From: Auanema rhodensis | Taxonomy: Eukaryota; Animalia; Nematoda | NCBI GenBank assembly: GCA_964057225.1 | Contig: OZ059900.1 | Coordinates: 20,956,001 to 21,020,000 of the forward strand | Direction: 5' to 3' | Length of the DNA stretch: 64,000 bases | Shown: in pieces, positions 26,401 to 41,500 of the stretch | Position numbering within the stretch: position 1 is the first letter of the stretch | Layout: every line of letters begins with the position of its first letter | Notes under the pieces: model-generated | Seen by the model: only the letters and a program-made list of their open reading frames with translations | Databases searched by the model: none | Told to the model about the DNA's origin: nothing | Translations under genes and position numbers: made by a program

Positions 26401-29400
26401 TTTCATGTGTTCAAACTCATGCAATGTCAATGAAACCTAGCTCAAAATTGTTTGTACAACGTCTAGTTCCACTTTCACGACAAAAAAACAGGGGTTAGAA
26501 AATTAAGGAAATTAGCATATTCTGAGGGCACGCCCCTTATGGCTAATATTGATTAAATCGTATTTTGTTCATATGAGTCGTCAAATGCAACGAATTTCAG
26601 CGTGTTACATACTAAAATGAAGCATTTTACATGCTGAACACTAGAAAAATACAAAAACACAGTATTTCCCATGAGAAATATTTTATTATGCTGGAAAACC
26701 AGTTTTTGGAAATTTCGCTGTAAACAAGGTTTTGACTTACGATTTCATGTGTTCAAACTCATGCAATGTCAATGAAACCTAGCTCAAAATTGTTCCTACA
26801 ACGTCTAATTCCACTTTCACGACAAAAAAACCGGGGTTAGAAAATTAAGGAAATTAGCATATTCTGAGGGCACGCCCCTTATGGCTAATATTGATTAAAT
26901 CGATTTTTGTTCATATGAGTCGTCAAATGCAACGAATTTCAGCGTGTTACATACTAAAATGAAGCATTTTACATGCTGAACACTATAAAAATACAAAAAC
27001 ACAGTATTTCCCATGAGAAATATTTTATTATGCTGGAAAACCAGTTTTTGGAAATTTCGCTGTAAACAAGGTTTTGACTTACGATTTCATGCGTTCAAAC
27101 TCATGCAATGTCAATGAAACCTAGCTCAAAATTGTTCCTACAACGTCTAATTCCACTTTCACGACAAAAAAACAGGGGTTAGAAAATTAAGGAAATTAGC
27201 ATATTCTGAGGGCACGCCCCTTATGGCTAATATTGATTAAATCGATTTTTGTTCATATGAGTCGTCAAATGCAACGAATTTCAGCGTGTTACATACTAAA
27301 ATGAAGCATTTTACATGCTGAACACTAGAAAAATACAAAAACACAGTATTTCCCATGAGAAATATTTTATTATGCTGGAAAACCAGTTTTTGGAAATTTC
27401 GCTGTAAACAAGGTTTTGACTTACGATTTCATGTGTTCAAACTCATGCAATGTCAATGAAACCTAGCTCAAAATTGTTCCTACAACGTCTAGTTCCACTT
27501 TCACGACAAAAAAACAGGGGTTAGAAAATTAAGGAAATTAGCATATTCTGAGGGCACGCCCCTTATGGCTAATATTGATTAAATCGATTTTTGTTCATAT
27601 GAGTCGTCAAATGCAACGAATTTCAGCGTGTTACATACTAAAATGAAGCATTCTACATGCTGAACACTAGAAAAATACAAAAACACAGTATTTCCCATGA
27701 GAAATATTTTATTATGCTGGAAAACCAGTTTTTGGAAATTTCGCTGTAAACAAGGTTTTGACTTACGATTTCATGTGTTCAAACTCATGCAATGTCAATG
27801 AAACCTAGCTCAAAATTGTTCCTACAACGTCTAATTCCACTTTCACGACAAAAAAACCGGGGTTAGAAAATTAAGGAAATTAGCATATTCTGAGGGCACG
27901 CCCCTTATGGCTAATATTGGTTAAATCGATTTTTGTTCATATGAGTCGTCAAATGCAACGAATTTCAGCGTGTTACATACTAAAATGAAGCATTTCACAT
28001 GCTGAACACTAGAAAAATACAAAAACACAGTATTTCCCATGAGAAATATTTTATTATGCTGGAAAACCAGTTTTTGGAAATTTCGCTGTAAACAAGGTTT
28101 TGACTTACGATTTCATGTGTTCAAACTCATGCAATGTCAATGAAACCTAGCTCAAAATTGTTCCTACAACGTCTAGTTCCACTTTCACGACAAAAAAACA
28201 GGGGTTAGAAAATTAAGGAAATTAGCATATTCTGAGGGCACGCCCCTTATGGCTAATATTGATTAAATCGATTTTTGTTCATATGAGTCGTCAAATGCAA
28301 CGAATTTCAGCGTGTTACATACTAAAATGAAGCATTTTACATGCTGAACACTAGAAAAATACAAAAACACAGTATTTCTCATGAGAAATATTTTATTATG
28401 CTGGAAAACCAGTTTTTGGAAATTTCGCTGTAAACAAGGTTTTGACTTACGATTTCATGTGTTCAAACTCATGCAATGTCAATGAAACCTAGCTCAAAAT
28501 TGTTTGTACAACGTCTAGTTCCACTTTCACGACAAAAAAACAGGGGTTAGAAAATTAAGGAAATTAGCATATTCTGAGGGCACGCCCCTTATGGCTAATA
28601 TTGATTAAATCGATTTTTGTTCATATGAGTAGTCAAATGCAACGAATTTCAGCGTGTTACATACTAAAATGAAGCATTTTACATGCTGAACACTAGAAAA
28701 ATACAAAAACACAGTATTTCCCATGAGAAATATTTTATTATGCTGGAAAACCAGTTTTTGGAAATTTCGCTGTAAACAAGGTTTTGACTTACGATTTCAT
28801 GTGTTCAAACTCATGCAATGTCAATGAAACCTAGCTCAAAATTGTTCCTACAACGTCTAATTCCACTTTCACGACAAAAAAACCGGGGTTAGAAAATTAA
28901 GGAAATTAGCATATTCTGAGGGCACGCCCCTTATGGCTAATATTGATTAAATCGATTTTTGTTCATATGAGTCGTCAAATGCAACGAATTTCAGCGTGTT
29001 ACATACTAAAATGAAGCATTTCACATGCTGAACACTAGAAAAATACAAAAACACAGTATTTCCCATGAGAAATATTTTATTATGCTGGAAAACCAGTTTT
29101 TGGAAATTTCGCTGTAAACAAGGTTTTGACTTACGATTTCATGTGTTCAAACTCATGCAATGTCAATGAAACCTAGCTCAAAATTGTTCCTACAACGTCT
29201 AGTTCCACTTTCACGACAAAAAAACAGGGGTTAGAAAATTAAGGAAATTAGCATATTCTGAGGGCACGCCCCTTATGGCTAATATTGATTAAATCGATTT
29301 TTGTTCATATGAGTCGTCAAATGCAACGAATTTCAGCGTGTTACATACTAAAATGAAGCATTTTACATGCTGAACACTAGAAAAATACAAAAACACAGTA

Positions 29401-30399
29401 TTTCCCATGAGAAATATTTTATTATGCTGGAAAACCAGTTTTTGGAAATTTCGCTGTAAACAAGGTTTTGACTTACGATTTCATGTGTTCAAACTCATGC
29501 AATGTCAATGAAACCTAGCTCAAAATTGTTCCTACAACGTCTAGTTCCACTTTCACGACAAAAAAACAGGGGTTAGAAAATTAATGAAATTAGCATATTC
29601 TGAGAGCACGCCCCTTATGGCTAATATTGATTAAATCGATTTTTGTTCATATGAGTCGTCAAATGCAACGAATTTCATCGTGTTACATACTAAAATGAAG
29701 CATTTTACATGCTGAACACTAGAAAAATACAAAAACACAGTATTTCTCATGAGAAATATTTTATTATGCTGGAAAACCAGTTTTTGGAAATTTCGCTGTA
29801 AACAAGGTTTTGTCTTACGATTTCATGTGTTCAAACTCATGCAATGTCAATGAAACCTAGCTCAAAATTGTTCCTACAACGTCTAGTTCCACTTTCACGA
29901 CAAAAAAACAGGGGTTAGAAAATTAAGGAAATTAGCATATTCTGAGGGCACGCCCCTTATGGCTAATATTGATTAAATCGATTTTTGTTCATATGAGTAG
30001 TCAAATGCAACGAATTTCAGCGTGTTACATACTAAAATGAAGCATTTTACATGCTGAACACTAGAAAAATACAAAAACACAGTATTTCTCATGAGAAATA
30101 TTTTATTATGCTGGAAAACCAGTTTTTGGAAATTTCGCTGTAAACAAGGTTTTGTCTTACGATTTCATGTGTTCAAACTCATGCAATGTCAATGAAACCT
30201 AGCTCAAAATTGTTCCTACAACGTCTAGTTCCACTTTCACGACAAAAAAACAGGGGTTAGAAAATTAAGGAAATTAGCATATTCTGAGGGCACGCCCCTT
30301 ATGGCTAATATTGATTAAATCGATTTTTGTTCATATGAGTAGTCAAATGCAACGAATTTCAGCGTGTTACATACTAAAATGAAGCATTTTACATGCTGA

Positions 30400-33300
30400 A
30401 CACTAGAAAAATACAAAAACACAGTATTTCCCATGAGAAATATTTTATTATGCTGGAAAACCTGTTTTTGGAAATTTCGCTGTAAACAAGGTTTTGACTT
30501 ACGATTTCATGTGTTCAAACTCATGCAATGTCAATGAAACCTAGATCAAAATTGTTCCTACAACGTCTAATTCCACTTTCACGACAAAAAAACCGGGGTT
30601 AGAAAATTAAGGAAATTAGCATATTCTGAGGGCACGCCCCTTATGGCTAATATTGATTAAATCGATTTTTGTTCATATGAGTCGTCAAATGCAACGAATT
30701 TCAGCGTGTTACATACTAAAATGAAGCATTTTACATGCTGAACACTATAAAAATACAAAAACACAGTATTTCCCATGAGAAATATTTTATTATGCTGGAA
30801 AACCAGTTTTTGGAAATTTCGCTGTAAACAAGGTTTTGACTTACGATTTCATGCGTTCAAACTCATGCAATGTCAATGAAACCTAGCTCAAAATTGTTCC
30901 TACAACGTCTAATTCCACTTTCACGACAAAAAAACAGGGGTTAGAAAATTAAGGAAATTAGCATATTCTGAGGGCACGCCCCTTATGGCTAATATTGATT
31001 AAATCGATTTTTGTTCATATGAGTCGTCAAATGCAACGAATTTCAGCGTGTTACATACTAAAATGAAGCATTTTACATGCTGAACACTAGAAAAATACAA
31101 AAACACAGTATTTCCCATGAGAAATATTTTATTATGCTGGAAAACCAGTTTTTGGAAATTTCGCTGTAAACAAGGTTTTGACTTACGATTTCATGTGTTC
31201 AAACTCATGCAATGTCAATGAAACCTAGCTCAAAATTGTTCCTACAACGTCTAGTTCCACTTTCACGACAAAAAAACAGGGGTTAGAAAATTAAGGAAAT
31301 TAGCATATTCTGAGGGCACGCCCCTTATGGCTAATATTGATTAAATCGATTTTTGTTCATATGAGTCGTCAAATGCAACGAATTTCAGCGTGTTACATAC
31401 TAAAATGAAGCATTTTACATGCTGAACACTAGAAAAATACAAAAACACAGTATTTCCCATGAGAAATATTTTATTATGCTGGAAAACCAGTTTTTGGAAA
31501 TTTCGCTGTAAACAAGGTTTTGACTTACGATTTCATGTGTTCAAACTCATGCAATGTCAATGAAACCTAGCTCAAAATTGTTCCTACAACGTCTAATTCC
31601 ACTTTCACGACAAAAAAACCGGGGTTAGAAAATTAAGGAAATTAGCATATTCTGAGGGCACGCCCCTTATGGCTAATATTGATTAAATCGATTTTTGTTC
31701 ATATGAGTCGTCAAATGCAACGAATTTCAGCGTGTTACATACTAAAATGAAGCATTTCACATGCTGAACACTAGAAAAATACAAAAACACAGTATTTCCC
31801 ATGAGAAATATTTTATTATGCTGGAAAACCAGTTTTTGGAAATTTCGCTGTAAACAAGGTTTTGACTTACGATTTCATGTGTTCAAACTCATGCAATGTC
31901 AATGAAACCTAGCTCAAAATTGTTCCTACAACGTCTAGTTCCACTTTCACGACAAAAAAACAGGGGTTAGAAAATTAAGGAAATTAGCATATTCTGAGGG
32001 CACGCCCCTTATGGCTAATATTGATTAAATCGATTTTTGTTCATATGAGTAGTCAAATGCAACGAATTTCAGCGTGTTACATACTAAAATGAAGCATTTT
32101 ACATGCTGAACACTAGAAAAATACAAAAACACAGTATTTCCCATGAGAAATATTTTATTATGCTGGAAAACCAGTTTTTGGAAATTTCGCTGTAAACAAG
32201 GTTTTGACTTACGATTTCATGTGTTCAAACTCATGCAATGTCAATGAAACCTAGCTCAAAATTGTTCCTACAACGTCTAGTTCCACTTTCACGACAAAAA
32301 AACAGGGGTTAGAAAATTAAGGAAATTAGCATATTCTGAGGGCACGCCCCTTATGGCTAATATTGATTAAATCGATTTTTGTTCATATGAGTCGTCAAAT
32401 GCAACGAATTTCAGCGTGTTACATACTAAAATGAAGCATTTTACATGCTGAACACTAGAAAAATACAAAAACACAGTATTTCTCATGAGAAATATTTTAT
32501 TATGCTGGAAAACCAGTTTTTGGAAATTTCGCTGTAAACAAGGTTTTGACTTACGATTTCATGTGTTCAAACTCATGCAATGTCAATGAAACCTAGCTCA
32601 AAATTGTTCCTACAACGTCTAGTTCCACTTTCACGACAAAAAAACCGGGGTTAGAAAATTAAGGAAATTAGCATATTCTGAGGGCACGCCCCTTATGGCT
32701 AATATTGATTAAATCGATTTTTGTTCATATGAGTAGTCAAATGCAACGAATTTCAGCGTGTTACATACTAAAATGAAGCATTTTACATGCTGAACACTAG
32801 AAAAATACAAAAACACAGTATTTCCCATGAGAAATATTTTATTATGCTGGAAAACCAGTTTTTGGAAATTTCGCTGTAAACAAGGTTTTGACTTACGATT
32901 TCATGCGTTCAAACTCATGCAATGTCAATGAAACCTAGCTCAAAATTGTTCCTACAACGTCTAATTCCACTTTCACGACAAAAAAACAGGGGTTAGAAAA
33001 TTAAGGAAATTAGCATATTCTGAGGGCACGCCCCTTATGGCTAATATTGATTAAATCGATTTTTGTTCATATGAGTCGTCAAATGCAACGAATTTCAGCG
33101 TGTTACATACTAAAATGAAGCATTTTACATGCTGAACACTAGAAAAATACAAAAACACAGTATTTCCCATGAGAAATATTTTATTATGCTGGAAAACCTG
33201 TTTTTGGAAATTTCGCTGTAAACAAGGTTTTGACTTACGATTTCATGTGTTCAAACTCATGCAATGTCAATGAAACCTAGATCAAAATTGTTCCTACAAC

Positions 33301-35500
33301 GTCTAATTCCACTTTCACGACAAAAAAACCGGGGTTAGAAAATTAAGGAAATTAGCATATTCTGAGGGCACGCCCCTTATGGCTAATATTGATTAAATCG
33401 ATTTTTGTTCATATGAGTCGTCAAATGCAACGAATTTCAGCGTGTTACATACTAAAATGAAGCATTTTACATGCTGAACACTATAAAAATACAAAAACAC
33501 AGTATTTCCCATGAGAAATATTTTATTATGCTGGAAAACCAGTTTTTGGAAATTTCGCTGTAAACAAGGTTTTGACTTACGATTTCATGCGTTCAAACTC
33601 ATGCAATGTCAATGAAACCTAGCTCAAAATTGTTCCTACAACGTCTAATTCCACTTTCACGACAAAAAAACAGGGGTTAGAAAATTAAGGAAATTAGCAT
33701 ATTCTGAGGGCACGCCCCTTATGGCTAATATTGATTAAATCGATTTTTGTTCATATGAGTCGTCAAATGCAACGAATTTCAGCGTGTTACATACTAAAAT
33801 GAAGCATTTTACATGCTGAACACTAGAAAAATACAAAAACACAGTATTTCCCATGAGAAATATTTTATTATGCTGGAAAACCAGTTTTTGGAAATTTCGC
33901 TGTAAACAAGGTTTTGACTTACGATTTCATGTGTTCAAACTCATGCAATGTCAATGAAACCTAGCTCAAAATTGTTCCTACAACGTCTAGTTCCACTTTC
34001 ACGACAAAAAAACAGGGGTTAGAAAATTAAGGAAATTAGCATATTCTGAGGGCACGCCCCTTATGGCTAATATTGATTAAATCGATTTTTGTTCATATGA
34101 GTCGTCAAATGCAACGAATTTCAGCGTGTTACATACTAAAATGAAGCATTTTACATGCTGAACACTAGAAAAATACAAAAACACAGTATTTCCCATGAGA
34201 AATATTTTATTATGCTGGAAAACCAGTTTTTGGAAATTTCGCTGTAAACAAGGTTTTGACTTACGATTTCATGTGTTCAAACTCATGCAATGTCAATGAA
34301 ACCTAGCTCAAAATTGTTCCTACAACGTCTAATTCCACTTTCACGACAAAAAAACCGGGGTTAGAAAATTAAGGAAATTAGCATATTCTGAGGGCACGCC
34401 CCTTATGGCTAATATTGATTAAATCGATTTTTGTTCATATGAGTCGTCAAATGCAACGAATTTCAGCGTGTTACATACTAAAATGAAGCATTTCACATGC
34501 TGAACACTAGAAAAATACAAAAACACAGTATTTCCCATGAGAAATATTTTATTATGCTGGAAAACCAGTTTTTGGAAATTTCGCTGTAAACAAGGTTTTG
34601 ACTTACGATTTCATGTGTTCAAACTCATGCAATGTCAATGAAACCTAGCTCAAAATTGTTCCTACAACGTCTAGTTCCACTTTCACGACAAAAAAACAGG
34701 GGTTAGAAAATTAAGGAAATTAGCATATTCTGAGGGCACGCCCCTTATGGCTAATATTGATTAAATCGATTTTTGTTCATATGAGTAGTCAAATGCAACG
34801 AATTTCAGCGTGTTACATACTAAAATGAAGCATTTTACATGCTGAACACTAGAAAAATACAAAAACACAGTATTTCCCATGAGAAATATTTTATTATGCT
34901 GGAAAACCAGTTTTTGGAAATTTCGCTGTAAACAAGGTTTTGACTTACGATTTCATGTGTTCAAACTCATGCAATGTCAATGAAACCTAGCTCAAAATTG
35001 TTCCTACAACGTCTAGTTCCACTTTCACGACAAAAAAACAGGGGTTAGAAAATTAAGGAAATTAGCATATTCTGAGGGCACGCCCCTTATGGCTAATATT
35101 GATTAAATCGATTTTTGTTCATATGAGTCGTCAAATGCAACGAATTTCAGCGTGTTACATACTAAAATGAAGCATTTTACATGCTGAACACTAGAAAAAT
35201 ACAAAAACACAGTATTTCTCATGAGAAATATTTTATTATGCTGGAAAACCAGTTTTTGGAAATTTCGCTGTAAACAAGGTTTTGACTTACGATTTCATGT
35301 GTTCAAACTCATGCAATGTCAATGAAACCTAGCTCAAAATTGTTCCTACAACGTCTAGTTCCACTTTCACGACAAAAAAACCGGGGTTAGAAAATTAAGG
35401 AAATTAGCATATTCTGAGGGCACGCCCCTTATGGCTAATATTGATTAAATCGATTTTTGTTCATATGAGTAGTCAAATGCAACGAATTTCAGCGTGTTAC
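30400..35500 (-). repeat. 8-monomer duplication, period 2736 bp
   Basis: AAACCTGTT at ~30461/33197; CTAGATCAAA at 30541/33277; CACTATAAAA at ~30743/33479; ATGCGTTC at ~30851/33587. Ends are approximate. Confidence 0.85.
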
Positions 35501-38500
35501 ATACTAAAATGAAGCATTTTACATGCTGAACACTAGAAAAATTTCAAAAACACAGTATTTCCCATGAGAAATATTTTATTATGCTGGAAAACCAGTTTTT
35601 GGAAATTTCGCTGTAAACAAGGTTTTGACTTACGATTTCATGTGTTCAAACTCATGCAATGTCAATGAAACCTAGCTCAAAATTGTTCCTACAACGTCTA
35701 ATTCCACTTTCACGACAAAAAAACCGGGGTTAGAAAATTAAGGAAATTAGCATATTCTGAGGGCACGCCCCTTATGGCTAATATTGATTAAATCGATTTT
35801 TGTTCATATGAGTCGTCAAATGCAACGAATTTCAGCGTGTTACATACTAAAATGAAGCATTTTACATGCTGAACACTAGAAAAATACAAAAACACAGTAT
35901 TTCTCATGAGAAATATTTTATTATGCTGGAAAACCAGTTTTTGGAAATTTCGCTGTAAACAAGGTTTTGACTTACGATTTCATGTGTTCAAACTCATGCA
36001 ATGTCAATGAAACCTAGCTCAAAATTGTTTGTACAACGTCTAGTTTCACTTTCACGACAAAAAAACAGGGGTTAGAAAATTAAGGAAATTAGCATATTCT
36101 GAGGGCACGCCCCTTATGGCTAATATTGATTAAATCGATTTTTGTTCATATGAGTCGTCAAATGCAACGAATTTCAGCGTGTTACATACTAAAATGAAGC
36201 ATTTCACATGCTGAACACTAGAAAAATACAAAAACACAGTATTTCCCATGAGAAATATTTTATTATGCTGGAAAACCAGTTTTTGGAAATTTCGCTGTAA
36301 ACAAGGTTTTGACTTACGATTTCATGTGTTCAAACTCATGCAATGTCAATGAAACCTAGCTCAAAATTGTTCCTACAACGTCTAGTTCCACTTTCACGAC
36401 AAAAAAACCGGGGTTAGAAAATTAAGGAAATTAGCATATTCTGAGGGCACGCCCCTTATGGCTAATATTGATTAAATCGATTTTTGTTCATATGAGTAGT
36501 CAAATGCAACGAATTTCAGCGTGTTACATACTAAAATGAAGCATTTTACATGCTGAACACTAGAAAAATACAAAAACACAGTATTTCCCATGAGAAATAT
36601 TTTATTATGCTGGAAAACCAGTTTTTGGAAATTTCGCTGTAAACAAGGTTTTGACTTACGATTTCATGTGTTCAAACTCATGCAATGTCAATGAAACCTA
36701 GCTCAAAATTGTTCCTACAACGTCTAATTCCACTTTCACGACAAAAAAACCGGGGTTAGAAAATTAAGGAAATTAGCATATTCTGAGGGCACGCCCCTTA
36801 TGGCTAATATTGATTAAATCGATTTTTGTTCATATGAGTCGTCAAATGCAACGAATTTCAGCGTGTTACATACTAAAATGAAGCATTTCACATGCTGAAC
36901 ACTAGAAAAATACAAAAACACAGTATTTCCCATGAGAAATATTTTATTATGCTGGAAAACCAGTTTTTGGAAATTTCGCTGTAAACAAGGTTTTGACTTA
37001 CGATTTCATGTGTTCAAACTCATGCAATGTCAATGAAACCTAGCTCAAAATTGTTCCTACAACGTCTAGTTCCACTTTCACGACAAAAAAACAGGGGTTA
37101 GAAAATTAAGGAAATTAGCATATTCTGAGGGCACGCCCCTTATGGCTAATATTGATTAAATCGATTTTTGTTCATATGAGTCGTCAAATGCAACGAATTT
37201 CAGCGTGTTACATACTAAAATGAAGCATTTTACATGCTGAACACTAGAAAAATACAAAAACACAGTATTTCCCATGAGAAATATTTTATTATGCTGGAAA
37301 ACCAGTTTTTGGAAATTTCGCTGTAAACAAGGTTTTGACTTACGATTTCATGTGTTCAAACTCATGCAATGTCAATGAAACCTAGCTCAAAATTGTTCCT
37401 ACAACGTCTAGTTCCACTTTCACGACAAAAAAACAGGGGTTAGAAAATTAATGAAATTAGCATATTCTGAGGGCACGCCCCTTATGGCTAATATTGATTA
37501 AATCGATTTTTGTTCATATGAGTCGTCAAATGCAACGAATTTCAGCGTGTTACATACTAAAATGAAGCATTTTACATGCTGAACACTAGAAAAATACAAA
37601 AACACAGTATTTCTCATGAGAAATATTTTATTATGCTGGAAAACCAGTTTTTGGAAATTTCGCTGTAAACAAGGTTTTGACTTACGATTTCATGTGTTCA
37701 AACTCATGCAATGTCAATGAAACCTAGCTCAAAATTGTTCCTACAACGTCTGTTTCCACTTTCACGACAAAAAAACAGGGGTTAGAAAATTAAGGAAATT
37801 AGCATATTCTGAGGGCACGCCCCTTATGGCTAATATTGATTAAATCGATTTTTGTTCATATGAGTCGTCAAATGCAACGAATTTCAGCGTGTTACATACT
37901 AAAATGAAGCATTTCACATGCTGAACACTAGAAAAATACAAAAACACAGTATTTCCCATGAGAAATATTTTATTATGCTGGAAAACCAGTTTTTGGAAAT
38001 TTCGCTGTAAACAAGGTTTTGACTTACGATTTCATGTGTTCAAACTCATGCAATGTCAATGAAACCTAGCTCAAAATTGTTCCTACAACGTCTAGTTCCA
38101 CTTTCACGACAAAAAAACAGGGGTTAGAAAATTAAGGAAATTAGCATATTCTGAGGGCACGCCCCTTATGGCTAATATTGATTAAATCGATTTTTGTTCA
38201 TATGAGTCGTCAAATGCAACGAATTTCAGCGTGTTACATACTAAAATGAAGCATTTTACATGCTGAACACTAGAAAAATACAAAAACACAGTATTTCCCA
38301 TGAGAAATATTTTATTATGCTGGAAAACCAGTTTTTGGAAATTTCGCTGTAAACAAGGTTTTGACTTACGATTTCATGTGTTCAAACTCATGCAATGTCA
38401 ATGAAACCTAGCTCAAAATTGTTCCTACAACGTCTAGTTCCACTTTCACGACAAAAAAACAGGGGTTAGAAAATTAATGAAATTAGCATATTCTGAGGGC

Positions 38501-41500
38501 ACGCCCCTTATGGCTAATATTGATTAAATCGATTTTTGTTCATATGAGTCGTCAAATGCAACGAATTTCATCGTGTTACATACTAAAATGAAGCATTTTA
38601 CATGCTGAACACTAGAAAAATACAAAAACACAGTATTTCTCATGAGAAATATTTTATTATGCTGGAAAACCAGTTTTTGGAAATTTCGCTGTAAACAAGG
38701 TTTTGACTTACGATTTCATGTGTTCAAACTCATGCAATGTCAATGAAACCTAGCTCAAAATTGTTCCTACAACGTCTAGTTCCACTTTCACGACAAAAAA
38801 ACAGGGGTTAGAAAATTAAGGAAATTAGCATATTCTGAGGGCACGCCCCTTATGGCTAATATTGATTAAATCGATTTTTGTTCATATGAGTAGTCAAATG
38901 CAACGAATTTCAGCGTGTTACATACTAAAATGAAGCATTTTACATGCTGAACACTAGAAAAATACAAAAACACAGTATTTCCCATGAGAAATATTTTATT
39001 ATGCTGGAAAACCAGTTTTTGGAAATTTCGCTGTAAACAAGGTTTTGACTTACGATTTCATGTGTTCAAACTCATGCAATGTCAATGAAACCTAGCTCAA
39101 AATTGTTCCTACAACGTCTAATTCCACTTTCACGACAAAAAAACCGGGGTTAGAAAATTAAGGAAATTAGCATATTCTGAGGGCACGCCCCTTATGGCTA
39201 ATATTGATTAAATCGATTTTTGTTCATATGAGTCGTCAAATGCAACGAATTTCAGCGTGTTACATACTAAAATGAAGCATTTTACATGCTGAACACTATA
39301 AAAATACAAAAACACAGTATTTCCCATGAGAAATATTTTATTATGCTGGAAAACCAGTTTTTGGAAATTTCGCTGTAAACAAGGTTTTGACTTACGATTT
39401 CATGTGTTCAAACTCATGCAATGTCAATGAAACCTAGCTCAAAATTGTTCCTACAACGTCTAGTTCCACTTTCACGACAAAAAAACAGGGGTTAGAAAAT
39501 TAAGGAAATTAGCATATTCTGAGGGCACGCCCCTTATGGCTAATATTGATTAAATCGATTTTTGTTCATATGAGTCGTCAAATGCAACGAATTTCAGCGT
39601 GTTACATACTAAAATGAAACATTTTACATGCTGAACACTAGAAAAATACAAAAACACAGTATTTCCCATGAGAAATATTTTATTATGCTGGAAAACCAGT
39701 TTTTGGAAATTTCGCTGTAAACAAGGTTTTGACTTACGATTTCATGTGTTCAAACTCATGCAATGTCAATGAAACCTAGCTCAAAATTGTTCCTACAACG
39801 TCTAGTTCCACTTTCACGACAAAAAAACAGGGGTTAGAAAATTAAGGAAATTAGCATATTCTGAGGGCACGCCCCTTATGGCTAATATTGATTAAATCGA
39901 TTTTTGTTCATATGAGTAGTCAAATGCAACGAATTTCAGCGTGTTACATACTAAAATGAAGCATTTCACATGCTGAACACTAGAAAAATACAAAAACACA
40001 GTATTTCCCATGAGAAATATTTTATTATGCTGGAAAACCAGTTTTTGGAAATTTCGCTGTAAACAAGGTTTTGACTTACGATTTCATGTGTTCAAACTCA
40101 TGCAATGTCAATGAAACCTAGCTCAAAATTGTTCCTACAACGTCTAGTTCCACTTTCACGACAAAAAAACAGGGGTTAGAAAATTAAGGAAATTAGCATA
40201 TTCTGAGGGCACGCCCCTTATGGCTAATATTGATTAAATCGATTTTTGTTCATATGAGTAGTCAAATGCAACGAATTTCAGCGTGTTACATACTAAAATG
40301 AAGCATTTTACATGCTGAACACTAGAAAAATACAAAAACACAGTATTTCCCATGAGAAATATTTTATTATGCTGGAAAACCAGTTTTTGGAAATTTCGCT
40401 GTAAACAAGGTTTTGACTTACGATTTCATGTGTTCAAACTCATGCAATGTCAATGAAACCTAGCTCAAAATTGTTCCTACAACGTCTAATTCCACTTTCA
40501 CGACAAAAAAACCGGGGTTAGAAAATTAAGGAAATTAGCATATTCTGAGGGCACGCCCCTTATGGCTAATATTGATTAAATCGATTTTTGTTCATATGAG
40601 TCGTCAAATGCAACGAATTTCAGCGTGTTACATACTAAAATGAAGCATTTCACATGCTGAACACTAGAAAAATACAAAAACACAGTATTTCCCATGAGAA
40701 ATATTTTATTATGCTGGAAAACCAGTTTTTGGAAATTTCGCTGTAAACAAGGTTTTGACTTACGATTTCATGTGTTCAAACTCATGCAATGTCAATGAAA
40801 CCTAGCTCAAAATTGTTCCTACAACGTCTAGTTCCACTTTCACGACAAAAAAACAGGGGTTAGAAAATTAAGGAAATTAGCATATTCTGAGGGCACGCCC
40901 CTTATGGCTAATATTGATTAAATCGATTTTTGTTCATATGAGTAGTCAAATGCAACGAATTTCAGCGTGTTACATACTAAAATGAAGCATTTTACATGCT
41001 GAACACTAGAAAAATACAAAAACACAGTATTTCCCATGAGAAATATTTTATTATGCTGGAAAACCAGTTTTTGGAAATTTCGCTGTAAACAAGGTTTTGA
41101 CTTACGATTTCATGTGTTCAAACTCATGCAATGTCAATGAAACCTAGCTCAAAATTGTTCCTACAACGTCTAGTTCCACTTTCACGACAAAAAAACAGGG
41201 GTTAGAAAATTAAGGAAATTAGCATATTCTGAGGGCACGCCCCTTATGGCTAATATTGATTAAATCGATTTTTGTTCATATGAGTCGTCAAATGCAACGA
41301 ATTTCAGCGTGTTACATACTAAAATGAAACATTTTACATGCTGAACACTAGAAAAATACAAAAACACAGTATTTCCCATGAGAAATATTTTATTATGCTG
41401 GAAAACCAGTTTTTGGAAATTTCGCTGTAAACAAGGTTTTGACTTACGATTTCATGTGTTCAAACTCATGCAATGTCAATGAAACCTAGCTCAAAATTGT

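Noticed and set aside
20645-41000. Whole right arm as a simple sequencing fold-back chimera of the left arm
   Set aside because: Exact mirror identity ends at ~21277, and each arm has its own variants and duplications. This is disfavoured but needs read-level confirmation.
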